A DNA stretch of 64,000 nucleotides from an uncultured Gammaproteobacteria bacterium. GTDB taxonomy: Bacteria; Patescibacteriota; Patescibacteriia; VMEV01; CAYQCH01. Location: positions 13,138 through 77,137 of the forward strand of contig CAYGRO010000002.1 of assembly GCA_964352335.1 (NCBI GenBank), written 5' to 3'. Shown piece after piece: positions 20,242 to 29,565 of the stretch (the first letter of the stretch is position 1; each line of letters opens with the position of its first letter). A program made the translations under genes and the position numbers. The notes beneath the pieces are model-generated. The model saw only the letters and a list, made by a program, of their open reading frames with translations. It was not told where the DNA came from and did not search any database.

Positions 20242-20861
20242 TAAAACAAGTATCCCTTTTGCTTGCATGCACTTCTCTAATCTTCTTAGGGGCGGGTTGT
20301 GATAATCAGCCATTAGAAGAGACTGGTTCAGTGAATAAGGCAAAAGAAACTGGTTTGGTTCAAGAGGGAAATATCACCCAACAGAACCCAGAAGCTACGC
20401 ATGAGACTATTGAGCAAGAAAAGTATACAACCTATTCTGGGGCCTATTTTGACATCGATTATCCTACTGATTTTTCTATTGATGAACGTGTTTTAGATGA
20501 ATCAATGACAAATAAATACGCAGAAGTTGCATTTATTTCGCCCAATAAAAACGTGGAGTTTCATGTTTATTCGCCACTTTGGGGTGGGGTAGCGCAATAT
20601 GAAACCGTCTTAGATACAGAAGAAGTTGTTGCTGAACAACAAAATAGTACTAACGATGGATTTACGATAACAACGACCAAGTGGATTACTATTGAAGCAA
20701 AAGATGGTAGCTATGCAAGGTCCATGAGAATTATCACGACCAATAATGAAACAGTTCGCTATTTATTTGGAATTACATATAGCTCGCAAGAGGAATTAGA
20801 TCTTGTAAGAGAAGAACATAATCATTTCACAACTAGTCTTGTTCAATTTGCAGATGCCTAG
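20238..20861 (+). CDS. hypothetical lipoprotein
   Basis: Signal peptide with lipobox LGAGC. 207 aa. Confidence 0.5.
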   Translation: MIKQVSLLLACTSLIFLGAGCDNQPLEETGSVNKAKETGLVQEGNITQQNPEATHETIEQEKYTTYSGAYFDIDYPTDFSIDERVLDESMTNKYAEVAFISPNKNVEFHVYSPLWGGVAQYETVLDTEEVVAEQQNSTNDGFTITTTKWITIEAKDGSYARSMRIITTNNETVRYLFGITYSSQEELDLVREEHNHFTTSLVQFADA

Positions 20862-20899
20862 AAAGCACTCAGAATTCTATGCTATAATTTAGTCATCTT

Positions 20900-22192
20900 A
20901 TGATGACTTTTTTCTATTCAATAAAAACAAATAAAAAGCTTCCGCAAATCCTTTGGTCATTTGTGGTTATTGTTATTACCTTTTCTTTATTAAAGTCACC
21001 AAGTTCTGCTCAATCTATTGATTTTAAAACATCAGAGGAGATTAAAGAATTGAATGTAGAAATCACAGAGAAATCAGAATTAACAGATAAGTTAAGAGAG
21101 CAGGCAGATGCCTATGCAAAAAAGATTCAAGAACAACAAGCTACATCAAATACGTTAGAAAATGAATTGTCTATTATTGAAAATCGAATCACTAAAATTG
21201 GATTAGATATAGAAAGAAAAGAATCAGAAATTGATACAACTAATTTAAAAATTAGAGAAACAAGTTTACAAATTGATGATAAGCAAAGAGCAATTGATTT
21301 TTCTCAATTGCAGTTAAGCAGTTTATTGCGAGAAATAAATCGACAAGACCAAAGAGGACAATTAGAAATACTTGTTTTAAATGATAATTTATCAGACTTT
21401 TTTGGTTATATAAAACGGCTAGAAGAAGTGCAATTGAACATGCAGTTAACCGTAGCTGGTATCAAAGAAGGGAAGCGAGAGCTCGAAATTAATGAGCATT
21501 CATTAGAAAAAGAAAAAGCTGATCTTCAACGATTGCTTTTAGAACAAGAAATCGAACGTCAAAAAATGAATGAAGAAAAGTTAGCTCAAGAACGACTTAT
21601 CGATCAAACGGAGTTTTCTGAACAAAAATTTCAAGAACAATTGAGTGAAATTAGGTTTCAACAAAGAATTGCAAATGAAGAAATTTCTGATTTAGAACGT
21701 CGGGTAAAAGAAAAATTACGCCAAGCTCAACTAAAAGACCCAGAAATCAATATCAATCCAGGACAATTATTATGGCCGATTCCAAATCAAGGTATTACGA
21801 CCTATTATCATGACCCTACATATCCTTTTCGACATATCGTTGGTGAGCATTCTGGTTTAGATTTGCGAACGTTAATTAACGGGACACCGAGCATGGGGAT
21901 GCCATTGCGAGCACCTGAATCAGGAATTATTGTAAAAACAATTATCAATGGTAAATTCACTGGAAATGCTATTTTCCTTAGTCATGGCGACTTAATGACG
22001 GTTTTCTTCCATTTAAGTGAAGTTTATGTTCAACCAGATCAATTTGTTTCTATAGGAGATACAATTGCTGCTACTGGTGGGGCACCAGGACATCCTGGAG
22101 CAGGACTTTCTAGTGGTCCACATCTTCATTTCGAAGTTCGTTCAAATGGAATCCCTGTAGACCCTTGTTTATATTTATCTCCTGCTTGTTAA
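20900..22192 (+). CDS. M23 family metallopeptidase with N-terminal coiled-coil
   Basis: C-terminal HSGLDLR...GPHLHFEVR LytM/M23 motifs. Long charged coiled-coil region upstream. Confidence 0.8.
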   Translation: MMTFFYSIKTNKKLPQILWSFVVIVITFSLLKSPSSAQSIDFKTSEEIKELNVEITEKSELTDKLREQADAYAKKIQEQQATSNTLENELSIIENRITKIGLDIERKESEIDTTNLKIRETSLQIDDKQRAIDFSQLQLSSLLREINRQDQRGQLEILVLNDNLSDFFGYIKRLEEVQLNMQLTVAGIKEGKRELEINEHSLEKEKADLQRLLLEQEIERQKMNEEKLAQERLIDQTEFSEQKFQEQLSEIRFQQRIANEEISDLERRVKEKLRQAQLKDPEININPGQLLWPIPNQGITTYYHDPTYPFRHIVGEHSGLDLRTLINGTPSMGMPLRAPESGIIVKTIINGKFTGNAIFLSHGDLMTVFFHLSEVYVQPDQFVSIGDTIAATGGAPGHPGAGLSSGPHLHFEVRSNGIPVDPCLYLSPAC

Positions 22193-22193
22193 T

Positions 22194-22700
22194 ATGCATA
22201 AAAGGGAAGAGGGACAATTTTTTGATGGATTACTGCTAGGCGCTTTACTATCTGGGCTTGTTATTGTTTTGCTCATCGTATTTTTTCTTTTACATAATGT
22301 AAAACAAGTCGGAGAAGACCACATGCAATATAGTACTCATGAAATAACCATTGCCCCAATAAATGAAGTTGTCCTTAATAATACCGAAATAGGTCAAATT
22401 GTTGCTATTGAAGATCAAGTCTATTCAATCGATCAATCATTTACAAATACTGAAAGTGATTTAACCTATAGAACACTCAAATTAGGAACAAATCTTTCTT
22501 ATGCGAGTATTTGGACAAAGAATGGGGAACAGCTACTCTATAAGGCAAATAACGCGCTTTTAACAGTCTCTGGTAATCAAAGTATTGCTATAATTGCAAT
22601 AAAAGATGACCATACACTCTTGCTACAACTTTCAGGCGACCAAGAAGTAGTTTATAATCTGCAAAATGGAATGATTTCCGCAAATGAGTATGAAGATTAA
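22194..22700 (+). CDS. hypothetical membrane-anchored protein
   Basis: 168 aa with an N-terminal TM helix. Confidence 0.4.
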   Translation: MHKREEGQFFDGLLLGALLSGLVIVLLIVFFLLHNVKQVGEDHMQYSTHEITIAPINEVVLNNTEIGQIVAIEDQVYSIDQSFTNTESDLTYRTLKLGTNLSYASIWTKNGEQLLYKANNALLTVSGNQSIAIIAIKDDHTLLLQLSGDQEVVYNLQNGMISANEYED

Positions 22701-23094
22701 AATTTCTCCAGAAGATCATATTGAACATGTTGATTATCTTTTTAACAAAGCCTGTAAATTGTTGAAGATAAAAAAAGTGACATGGAGGGTTATGGAAGGA
22801 AGAACGGCTCCAGTAAATACAGCTAAAGACTATAGTCTTGGGTATACAGATCTTCAAAAGCGAGAAATAACCTTAGATGTATTTACACCTAGAAGAAGAT
22901 CACCTAAAAGCTCTAATGGCTTATTACGGGTAATCGCACATGAAATTGCCCATTTACAGAAACCGCCATATCGAGAGCGCTATAGAGGAAGAATCATCAC
23001 TCGTATGCATTTCCCAAAGTTTTATACTCAAGTCAATAAAAATGTAGAGAAGTTTAAAAAAGATAAAGAATTTAAGCAATATTTTCGAATATAA
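22684..23094 (+). CDS. putative zinc metallohydrolase, YgjP/DUF45-like (HExxH)
   Basis: Single HExxH motif (VIAHEIAHL). The preceding segment resembles the DUF45 arrangement, wrapper-like. Confidence 0.45.
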   Translation: MSMKIKISPEDHIEHVDYLFNKACKLLKIKKVTWRVMEGRTAPVNTAKDYSLGYTDLQKREITLDVFTPRRRSPKSSNGLLRVIAHEIAHLQKPPYRERYRGRIITRMHFPKFYTQVNKNVEKFKKDKEFKQYFRI

Positions 23095-23098
23095 TAAT

Positions 23099-23335
23099 TT
23101 GCGACGCATGGTCAATCTTACTCAATTCCTTAATAGGGAGCAAATAGAAGATATCAGTTTTAACCGATAGAACAGGTCAGTGTAATTACAAAAATGAATA
23201 AAAAATAAAACCCTCTTAAAGGGTTTTTGTTTTGTGCATCCTATTAAGGAATTGAGACAATAGAGGGGGAAAGAATGATTATCACTATATGAGTAAGTAG
23301 TAGCGTCGCACAATATACCTTATGCGACGCACTAG
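23099..23335. repeat. long imperfect inverted repeat enclosing a terminator hairpin
   Basis: Left arm TGCGACGC...CTTACTCA...ATTCCTTAATAGG at 23102-23140. Right arm CCTATTAAGGAAT...TGAGTAAG...GCGTCGCA at 23241-23311. An extra local hairpin GCGTCGCA-N12-TGCGACGC lies at 23304-23333. Confidence 0.5.
23201..23233. terminator. bidirectional rho-independent terminator between convergent genes
   Basis: AAACCCT-CTTAA-AGGGTTT stem-loop, flanked by an A-run on the left and a TTTTTGTTTTG run on the right. Confidence 0.6.
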
Positions 23336-23377
23336 AATCATCATCCTTAAAACATAGGTTATAATGGTCACGAAATG

Positions 23378-23572
23378 TTACCACTTATTTGCCCAATATG
23401 CGGCAATTAATCCTATAGGAACATAAAGCGATAAAAAGATAACTGGATGTAAATGATCTAATAAGATTAATCCACTAAAGTACCAAATCATTAGTATGAT
23501 CGCGATGATTCGTGATAATAGATTTGTATGTCGAACAATAAATAAATCTAACGGTTTTGGGTTTTTTGCCAT
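23378..23572 (-). CDS. small 2-TM membrane protein (hypothetical)
   Basis: 64 aa with two hydrophobic helices. Weak support only. Confidence 0.3.
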   Translation of the reverse strand: MAKNPKPLDLFIVRHTNLLSRIIAIILMIWYFSGLILLDHLHPVIFLSLYVPIGLIAAYWANKW

Positions 23573-23617
23573 ACATTTATTTTTATTGGATCTTTGACTT
23601 AATGACGAGATGAACTG

Positions 23618-24889
23618 CTATCTATAGTATACCCGATTGGGAAATCTTAAATCAATATACTCTTTTACTTCCCCCTCTATAGACATCTGAGAGTTAAGCG
23701 TCGCAAAAATATCTAGGTAAGATTTTATTGAGTCAGGATTTTGTAGAGGGTCTGCTCCTAAAAGTAATGACCAACCATTATTCATATAAACCTCGAGTTG
23801 ATCAAAGGTTATTGAATCATCTGGTATAAAGACTTTTTCTTGTTCTAAATATCGCTCTATTTCCCCTTCATCTAGTTTTTCAATATCAATTTCACTTAAT
23901 GCTGATTTGATTTCTGAAATTTTATCTTCAACTGTTTTAGCTTGTGCAATTGAATCTGCAAGACTCTCTAGTTCTGCATTTAATTTCGAATCATCATTAT
24001 TAGCCACTTTCGTTTCAGATTCAGGTAACTTCTCTGGGATAACAATAGTTTGTTTATTCGCTGGTTTTAAACGAAATGAATGAATAGATAAAAACGGATA
24101 CTTTTCTAATTCTGAATAGAGTGTGAGAATTGACGCTATATTTCTTTCCGTTAAAACTTGTTCACCAACCTGAGGTATTGTTTCACCAAATTGATAAATA
24201 GTAGGTGTGTCTTCTTTTTCTAAGATTTCTTCACTTGTCGTTTGACGAATAACAGTACCTTGCTTATCTATTGTGAAATATTGATCATCTACACTATAAA
24301 TAAGTATAGATGACTTTTCTTTTAGATCAATTTGCAATGAATGAGATGGCCAATGAGAAGTAAATGTGATAGATTCTAACCCGTATTTATCTCGGATAGC
24401 TTGTTCAACTGTATTTTGATTGAAGAAAAACAGATGAGAACGCTTTATCAAGAAGATGGATCTTTTATCCATATAGTCAAAAACCATCGATTTTAGATCA
24501 TTTGTTTGAATTTCTTCATTACCAAAAACGGCAATACGATCCAAATAAAAGGTTGGTTGGACAAATAGAACGATAAACCAGATAAAGAGTGTTAGTGATA
24601 ACCCTATTTTCGCAAAGAGGTATCGTTTATCCGTAAAGATTTTTCCTAAGACCCTTCTTGCTGTGACTTTTTTTTGGTAAGGGTTTTCAAAAGATTTTTG
24701 ATGAACATCGCGACGCAGATATGATTTCGCTTTTTTGCCTGTAGCATTTCTCTGGAGTCCTTTTAATGCTAGAATTTGTGATAAATTCAAAGATAAAACT
24801 TTATTCAGTTTTTTTTTAACAAATCGGAACATGATCTTGGTAGACCTACCTGATTTCTTTTTTGTTTTGAATGTTGATCGTACTCTCAT
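23618..24889 (-). CDS. cell division protein FtsQ/DivIB-like (POTRA) with C-terminal coiled-coil extension
   Basis: N-terminal basic tail and a TM helix, then a POTRA-like segment (YLDRIAVFGNEEIQTNDL...SHWPSHSLQIDLKEK...YFTIDKQGTVI). Acidic coiled-coil C-terminus. Confidence 0.55.
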   Translation of the reverse strand: MRVRSTFKTKKKSGRSTKIMFRFVKKKLNKVLSLNLSQILALKGLQRNATGKKAKSYLRRDVHQKSFENPYQKKVTARRVLGKIFTDKRYLFAKIGLSLTLFIWFIVLFVQPTFYLDRIAVFGNEEIQTNDLKSMVFDYMDKRSIFLIKRSHLFFFNQNTVEQAIRDKYGLESITFTSHWPSHSLQIDLKEKSSILIYSVDDQYFTIDKQGTVIRQTTSEEILEKEDTPTIYQFGETIPQVGEQVLTERNIASILTLYSELEKYPFLSIHSFRLKPANKQTIVIPEKLPESETKVANNDDSKLNAELESLADSIAQAKTVEDKISEIKSALSEIDIEKLDEGEIERYLEQEKVFIPDDSITFDQLEVYMNNGWSLLLGADPLQNPDSIKSYLDIFATLNSQMSIEGEVKEYIDLRFPNRVYYR

Positions 24890-24894
24890 AGAAG

Positions 24895-25932
24895 CTAATG
24901 TCTTTTTATACCAAATCCTCGCTTAATTCTTCTGAATGACTCAATAATCCAATTCACCCAATATTTTGAAGTTAATGGGAAATCTTGTGCTGGTAATAAA
25001 TACTCAATTTCACCACCAAAACCTTTCTTAAACTTTGTAATTCCATAAAATGGACGCTTAGGATCGTCTGTATCATCAATTCCCCAGAAACTGTATTTCG
25101 TACAACCACGCGCCTTTGCTTCACGTATTGCTTCCCATTGTAGTAAGTATGCAACAGGAACTTTTGAGCGCAAAGAAGCTCCATGATGATAAGAAGCTAC
25201 ATTTCCGTAATACATAATAATGGCAGAAGCAATTATTTCATTTTCATATTTTCCTGTGTAGATAATAACTTCATCATCATCTCTAAATGTATTCACTTGT
25301 TCATGGTAAAGACGATTCGAATATGGAACAAAACGATGCCTCACATGCGTTTCATTCATTAATGTGATAAATGTATCAACATCAGAGTTATTTGTTGATT
25401 TTTCGATTACAACACCATCTTTTTGCGCACGTCTGATTAGATTTCTTGTTGTTTTTCGCATTCCCATGAGTAATTCCTCTTCGGTTGGTTGCAAATCTAA
25501 TTGCCAAACAATTTCAGATAAAACATGAATTGGAGCAATTTTGAATTTTAACTGTTTAAAGAGCGCTTCGTTTTCTTCTGTTCTTTTTAAATAAGGCGCC
25601 ATTCGAATGAAATCATATTTTTGCTCTCTCCCCCACTCTTTTAAATAATCCACGATAATTGTTAAATATTCAGCTGAATAATTTTTTAAAACTGGACCAT
25701 ATGGAATATAGAGATACTTCCCTCTTTTGGCATGTACTAGTAAAACTAAACAAATACCTACTAAAGTAGAATTTTCATAAATCCCTAATTTAAGTGACTC
25801 ATTACCTAGTAATTGTTCTTGCTTAGCAGAATTCCAAGATTGTAGAAAAGGTGGATGATTTTGAGCAAGCAAGAATGATTCCCACTCAGCTTTATTTTCA
25901 CTAATTTTTACTTGAATCAATTTATTATTCAT
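24895..25932 (-). CDS. FemAB-family peptidoglycan branch aminoacyltransferase
   Basis: YYGNVASYHHGASLRSKVPVAYLLQWEAIREAKARGCTKYSFWGI matches the FemABX signature region. GNAT-like duplicated fold and 345 aa length. Confidence 0.75.
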   Translation of the reverse strand: MNNKLIQVKISENKAEWESFLLAQNHPPFLQSWNSAKQEQLLGNESLKLGIYENSTLVGICLVLLVHAKRGKYLYIPYGPVLKNYSAEYLTIIVDYLKEWGREQKYDFIRMAPYLKRTEENEALFKQLKFKIAPIHVLSEIVWQLDLQPTEEELLMGMRKTTRNLIRRAQKDGVVIEKSTNNSDVDTFITLMNETHVRHRFVPYSNRLYHEQVNTFRDDDEVIIYTGKYENEIIASAIIMYYGNVASYHHGASLRSKVPVAYLLQWEAIREAKARGCTKYSFWGIDDTDDPKRPFYGITKFKKGFGGEIEYLLPAQDFPLTSKYWVNWIIESFRRIKRGFGIKRH

Positions 25933-27163
25933 AGTAGTTTTTCAACAATTTAAGGAGTTTTGAACGACTAGCCATTGATAATTTTCTTTGTGTTGGCAAG
26001 TTTATATTTTGTTTCACAAGTTCTTCACTTTTCGGGCAAGATCCTTCTGTATAGTAAATAGATGACCAATTATCTGGTCTTGGCATAATTGTAGATGAAT
26101 ACCAATTCCCTAAAAGAAATCCTTGTTTACGAAAATCACTTCTAACTTGATTTGGCTTACCATGTTTAATCGTAAATCGTAAATATGATGGCTCAGAATT
26201 TATATGGATTTGTTGAGTCGGTATAGAATGAGTAGAACAAAATTCTTGATAAGCAAATGCATGTTCTCTTCTTTTTTTGAGATTTTCTTCTAAATGCAGC
26301 AATTGTTTCGATGCAAATAGAGCCATGGCATTTGGTAATGGTTGAATAAGTTCCTTTGGTTGTTGCCCATTACATTCATTTTTCAAATAAACCTTATTGA
26401 GCAATTTCGTTTTTTGCGCGATAAAGATAAGTAATTGCCCAATTTTAAGTGGCCCAATTAAACGTGCCATCCATGGAATAAGTAGTGGATGAATACTATT
26501 TTGAAAAATGGAAAATACTGAGTTTTCTAGTGCTGTTGTAGATAATTCTTCCAATTTTTTAGCTAATTCAGTACTAGAAGTAATTGTAGCACCACCAGAG
26601 ACAGATGAGATCATCTTATCTCGACCAAAACTTAAAATTGCGGCATCTCCAAATGTCCCAACCAATTGATTATTGTATTTTGCCCCCAAAGAATGGGCAC
26701 AATCCTCGATGACTTTAATATTATGCTTTTTAGCAAGTTCAACTATTGCATTCATTTGAGCGGGGTAACCAAAAGTATGTTGGACAATAATTGCTTTTGT
26801 TTTGGGTGTAATTGCTTTTTCAATAAGACGAGGGTCGATATTAAATGATTCATCAATATCAATATAAATAGGTTTTGCACCAGCCCAGATTACCGAATTT
26901 GGCACGACAATGCATGTATAAGCTTGAATAATAACTTCATCGCCACTTTGTATCTCCAATGCTTTTAAAATAGCGTAGAGTGCAGATCGTCCATTTTTAA
27001 ATAATGAAATTGAACGCTCATCATGCATCGACGAGAGCTGTTTTTTTAATTGTTCGCTAGCAGCTCCACTTTTCCATTTGTTCCAATTCCATGGCAAAAG
27101 CAAACTCATTGCGAGTTTTTGTTGTTGCCAGTCTGAATTTGGTGAATGAGAAATGGAAATCAT
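25925..27163 (-). CDS. DegT/DnrJ/EryC1/StrS-family PLP-dependent aminotransferase
   Basis: GDEVIIQAYTCIVVPNSVIWAGAKPIYIDID...VIEDCAHSLGAKYNNQLVGTFGDAAILSFGRDKMIS. The start is placed at the ATG at 27161-27163, one nt after the upstream stop. Confidence 0.75.
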   Translation of the reverse strand: MISISHSPNSDWQQQKLAMSLLLPWNWNKWKSGAASEQLKKQLSSMHDERSISLFKNGRSALYAILKALEIQSGDEVIIQAYTCIVVPNSVIWAGAKPIYIDIDESFNIDPRLIEKAITPKTKAIIVQHTFGYPAQMNAIVELAKKHNIKVIEDCAHSLGAKYNNQLVGTFGDAAILSFGRDKMISSVSGGATITSSTELAKKLEELSTTALENSVFSIFQNSIHPLLIPWMARLIGPLKIGQLLIFIAQKTKLLNKVYLKNECNGQQPKELIQPLPNAMALFASKQLLHLEENLKKRREHAFAYQEFCSTHSIPTQQIHINSEPSYLRFTIKHGKPNQVRSDFRKQGFLLGNWYSSTIMPRPDNWSSIYYTEGSCPKSEELVKQNINLPTQRKLSMASRSKLLKLLKNYYE

Positions 27164-27164
27164 A

Positions 27165-28775
27165 TTATGAATCTGTAAGTAGGTTTGGAATAAATTGTTC
27201 AGATTCTCTTCCTTCACAGAGAACAACAGTTGGTTGGTTTCGAACAAATTCGAGAAGTGATTCTTGATCTTTTGGATGCAAGATTGATTCTTCAGGGAAC
27301 CCTTGTTGTAAAAGAGATAAACGCAATAAGTCTCTCTGTTGACTAGGCAGTAAAAGGATTTTATCAAAAACTTCTGAAGCTCGTTTAGCAATTAATTCAT
27401 GTGATGTTTTTGATAAGTCAGCGAGTTCAATAACTTCTTTGAAAATAAGAATCTTTTTTTCGTCTAGTGAACTGACATCATCAAATGCCAGAAGAATACT
27501 GGGTACATTTGCATTATAAGAATCATCAATAATCCAAGAATCATCATTAATCATTTTGACTTCCATTGTTCTTTCAATTTGAGGAAAAGTTTTGAGTGCA
27601 CTTTGAATTTCCTTTAAGGACATTCCAAGTTGTTTAGCTATAGCAATTGCACCCAATGCATTAATGATATGGCCCTTACCAAATAAGGGTAAAGATAGAT
27701 TCATTTCACTTAAAGTAAACTTAGACTCATTTTTGTTCATTTGAATATTTTGAGCAGAATAATGTACATCTGGAGCAAACCCATAAGTAATAGGACTGAT
27801 TCCTCTAAGTTCAAAGGCTTCAAGTAATTCTGGACTTTCACCATTCGCGAAAACCTTAGTCATATCGTCAACTGATTTTACAAGCTCAAATTTTGTTTTC
27901 TCGATATTTTTTTGAGAACCAAATAATTCTAAATGTTGATTCGTTAAACCTGTCATAATCCCATAGTCAGGCGAAACGATATCTGCAATCCTTTTGACTT
28001 CCCCTTCTCGATACGCTCCCATTTCTACAATAAAAAATTCATGTGTGGGTTGTAATTCATCTAAAATAAGCTTAGCAATACCGGTATCAACATTTAGATG
28101 TTTTGGTGTTTTTAAGACAGAGTATTTTTTTGAAAGGATATGGCCAAGTAATTCCTTCATCGATGTCTTACCATAACTTCCAGTAATACCAATGACAATG
28201 AGATCCTTATGCGAAATCATTTTTTCTCTCGCTTTTTTCATTAATTGTTTTTGCATGAGAAAATTCGGAATAAATAAGACAGAAAACACAGTAAAAACGA
28301 TGAGAGGTTGAATGATCTCAATCGCAAGTAATTGTTCTGGCCAAAATAAATAACGAGATGCCAAATAGATTTCTACAACTAATATTGAAACAAAGAGAAC
28401 CCAGATTTTAGAGGTGAATGTCGGTATTTGTAATGTATGTTGCTTTAAATGAAGGATTGTTTGAATGAAACGGAATAGGAAAAAAGCAATTATAGCTGTT
28501 AATAAGAAATCAAAAGCACCAACTTGTGAAGAAATACTTGTTCGTAATAATAACTGCCAAGTAAGAAAAAAACCGATCAAAATAGAACGATAGGAAGAGA
28601 AAATAAGCTTAATAAATTTGGGCTGTTTTATTTCTGAAACCAATCGATCGATTCTATATTGTTTTAATTGAATATAATGTAACCAAAAAAGTAGTGATCT
28701 AGCGATCGCTACAACCCATAGTACTGTCAAAAGGGTGAATGCATGCGCACTATATAATTGGAGTAAATAAGTCAT
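27165..28775 (-). CDS. MurF-like Mur ligase fused to an N-terminal polytopic membrane domain
   Basis: C-terminal about 350 aa carry the Mur ligase P-loop IGITGSYGKTS and the MurF-type DDSYNANVPS motif. The N-terminal about 185 aa form 5-6 TM helices in place of the usual MurF domain 1. Confidence 0.7.
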   Translation of the reverse strand: MTYLLQLYSAHAFTLLTVLWVVAIARSLLFWLHYIQLKQYRIDRLVSEIKQPKFIKLIFSSYRSILIGFFLTWQLLLRTSISSQVGAFDFLLTAIIAFFLFRFIQTILHLKQHTLQIPTFTSKIWVLFVSILVVEIYLASRYLFWPEQLLAIEIIQPLIVFTVFSVLFIPNFLMQKQLMKKAREKMISHKDLIVIGITGSYGKTSMKELLGHILSKKYSVLKTPKHLNVDTGIAKLILDELQPTHEFFIVEMGAYREGEVKRIADIVSPDYGIMTGLTNQHLELFGSQKNIEKTKFELVKSVDDMTKVFANGESPELLEAFELRGISPITYGFAPDVHYSAQNIQMNKNESKFTLSEMNLSLPLFGKGHIINALGAIAIAKQLGMSLKEIQSALKTFPQIERTMEVKMINDDSWIIDDSYNANVPSILLAFDDVSSLDEKKILIFKEVIELADLSKTSHELIAKRASEVFDKILLLPSQQRDLLRLSLLQQGFPEESILHPKDQESLLEFVRNQPTVVLCEGRESEQFIPNLLTDS

Positions 28776-28781
28776 GATAAT

Positions 28782-29558
28782 TTATGAATGTTTTACAAAT
28801 TCCATTATCGCTTTTGCTACTAATTCTGGATTGTTTTTCACTAAGTTATGACGCGCACCTTCAAAGACTTTCAGTTCAGATTCTTTGATAAGCTTATGCA
28901 TTTTTTTTCCGTCAGAAAGAGGTGTAGCACCATCATCACTTCCCCAAAGCAAAAGTGTCTTATGATGAATTTGTGGCAATAATGGCTGTAAATCTTCGTC
29001 TAGTACATTAATAATTGTTTCTTTCATTACCCCATCTGCTTTGAGATAATCTGTTGACCCCGCTACTTTATACAATATTTTTTTGGCTGGTTCTTCTAAT
29101 TTTGAAATAAGTGGTAGATCAAAAAACTTTTTCCCAATCTTGGCCGATGTTTTTAAGACTCTTCGTTTTACGGTATAAGCATCTGGTTTTACTCCAGCAG
29201 ATGCACAGAGAATAAGATTGTTTAAATCAGGTGCATACTTAATTGTATATTTGATGGAAACACGGCCTCCAAAAGAATGACCAAAAAGAGTAAATTGCTT
29301 AATCTCCAATGCTTGTGTGAAATCATGTACCCAATCTCGATAATCAGAAACAGTCCATGCTTTTGGTGGTTTAGGCGTATTTCCCCAACCTGGTAAATCA
29401 GGAACAATAATACGAAGACCTTGTTTCGCTAAAAGTGGACCAAGTTCTTGGTAATGCGTTGAATCAGCTGGCCATCCATGAAGCATGATAATAATGGTAT
29501 TACCACTTCCCCATTCTCGATAATGCGCAACGCGATCTTGAACAGTAATTGAAGCCAT
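28782..29558 (-). CDS. alpha/beta-fold hydrolase
   Basis: GHSFGG nucleophile elbow. IIMLHGWPADS oxyanion region. Confidence 0.75.
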   Translation of the reverse strand: MASITVQDRVAHYREWGSGNTIIIMLHGWPADSTHYQELGPLLAKQGLRIIVPDLPGWGNTPKPPKAWTVSDYRDWVHDFTQALEIKQFTLFGHSFGGRVSIKYTIKYAPDLNNLILCASAGVKPDAYTVKRRVLKTSAKIGKKFFDLPLISKLEEPAKKILYKVAGSTDYLKADGVMKETIINVLDEDLQPLLPQIHHKTLLLWGSDDGATPLSDGKKMHKLIKESELKVFEGARHNLVKNNPELVAKAIMEFVKHS

Positions 29559-29565
29559 AGATTCG

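Noticed and set aside
23122-23313. 63-aa minus-strand ORF spanning the inverted-repeat/terminator region
   Set aside because: It runs through a terminator hairpin and both repeat arms. The composition is typical of intergenic DNA.
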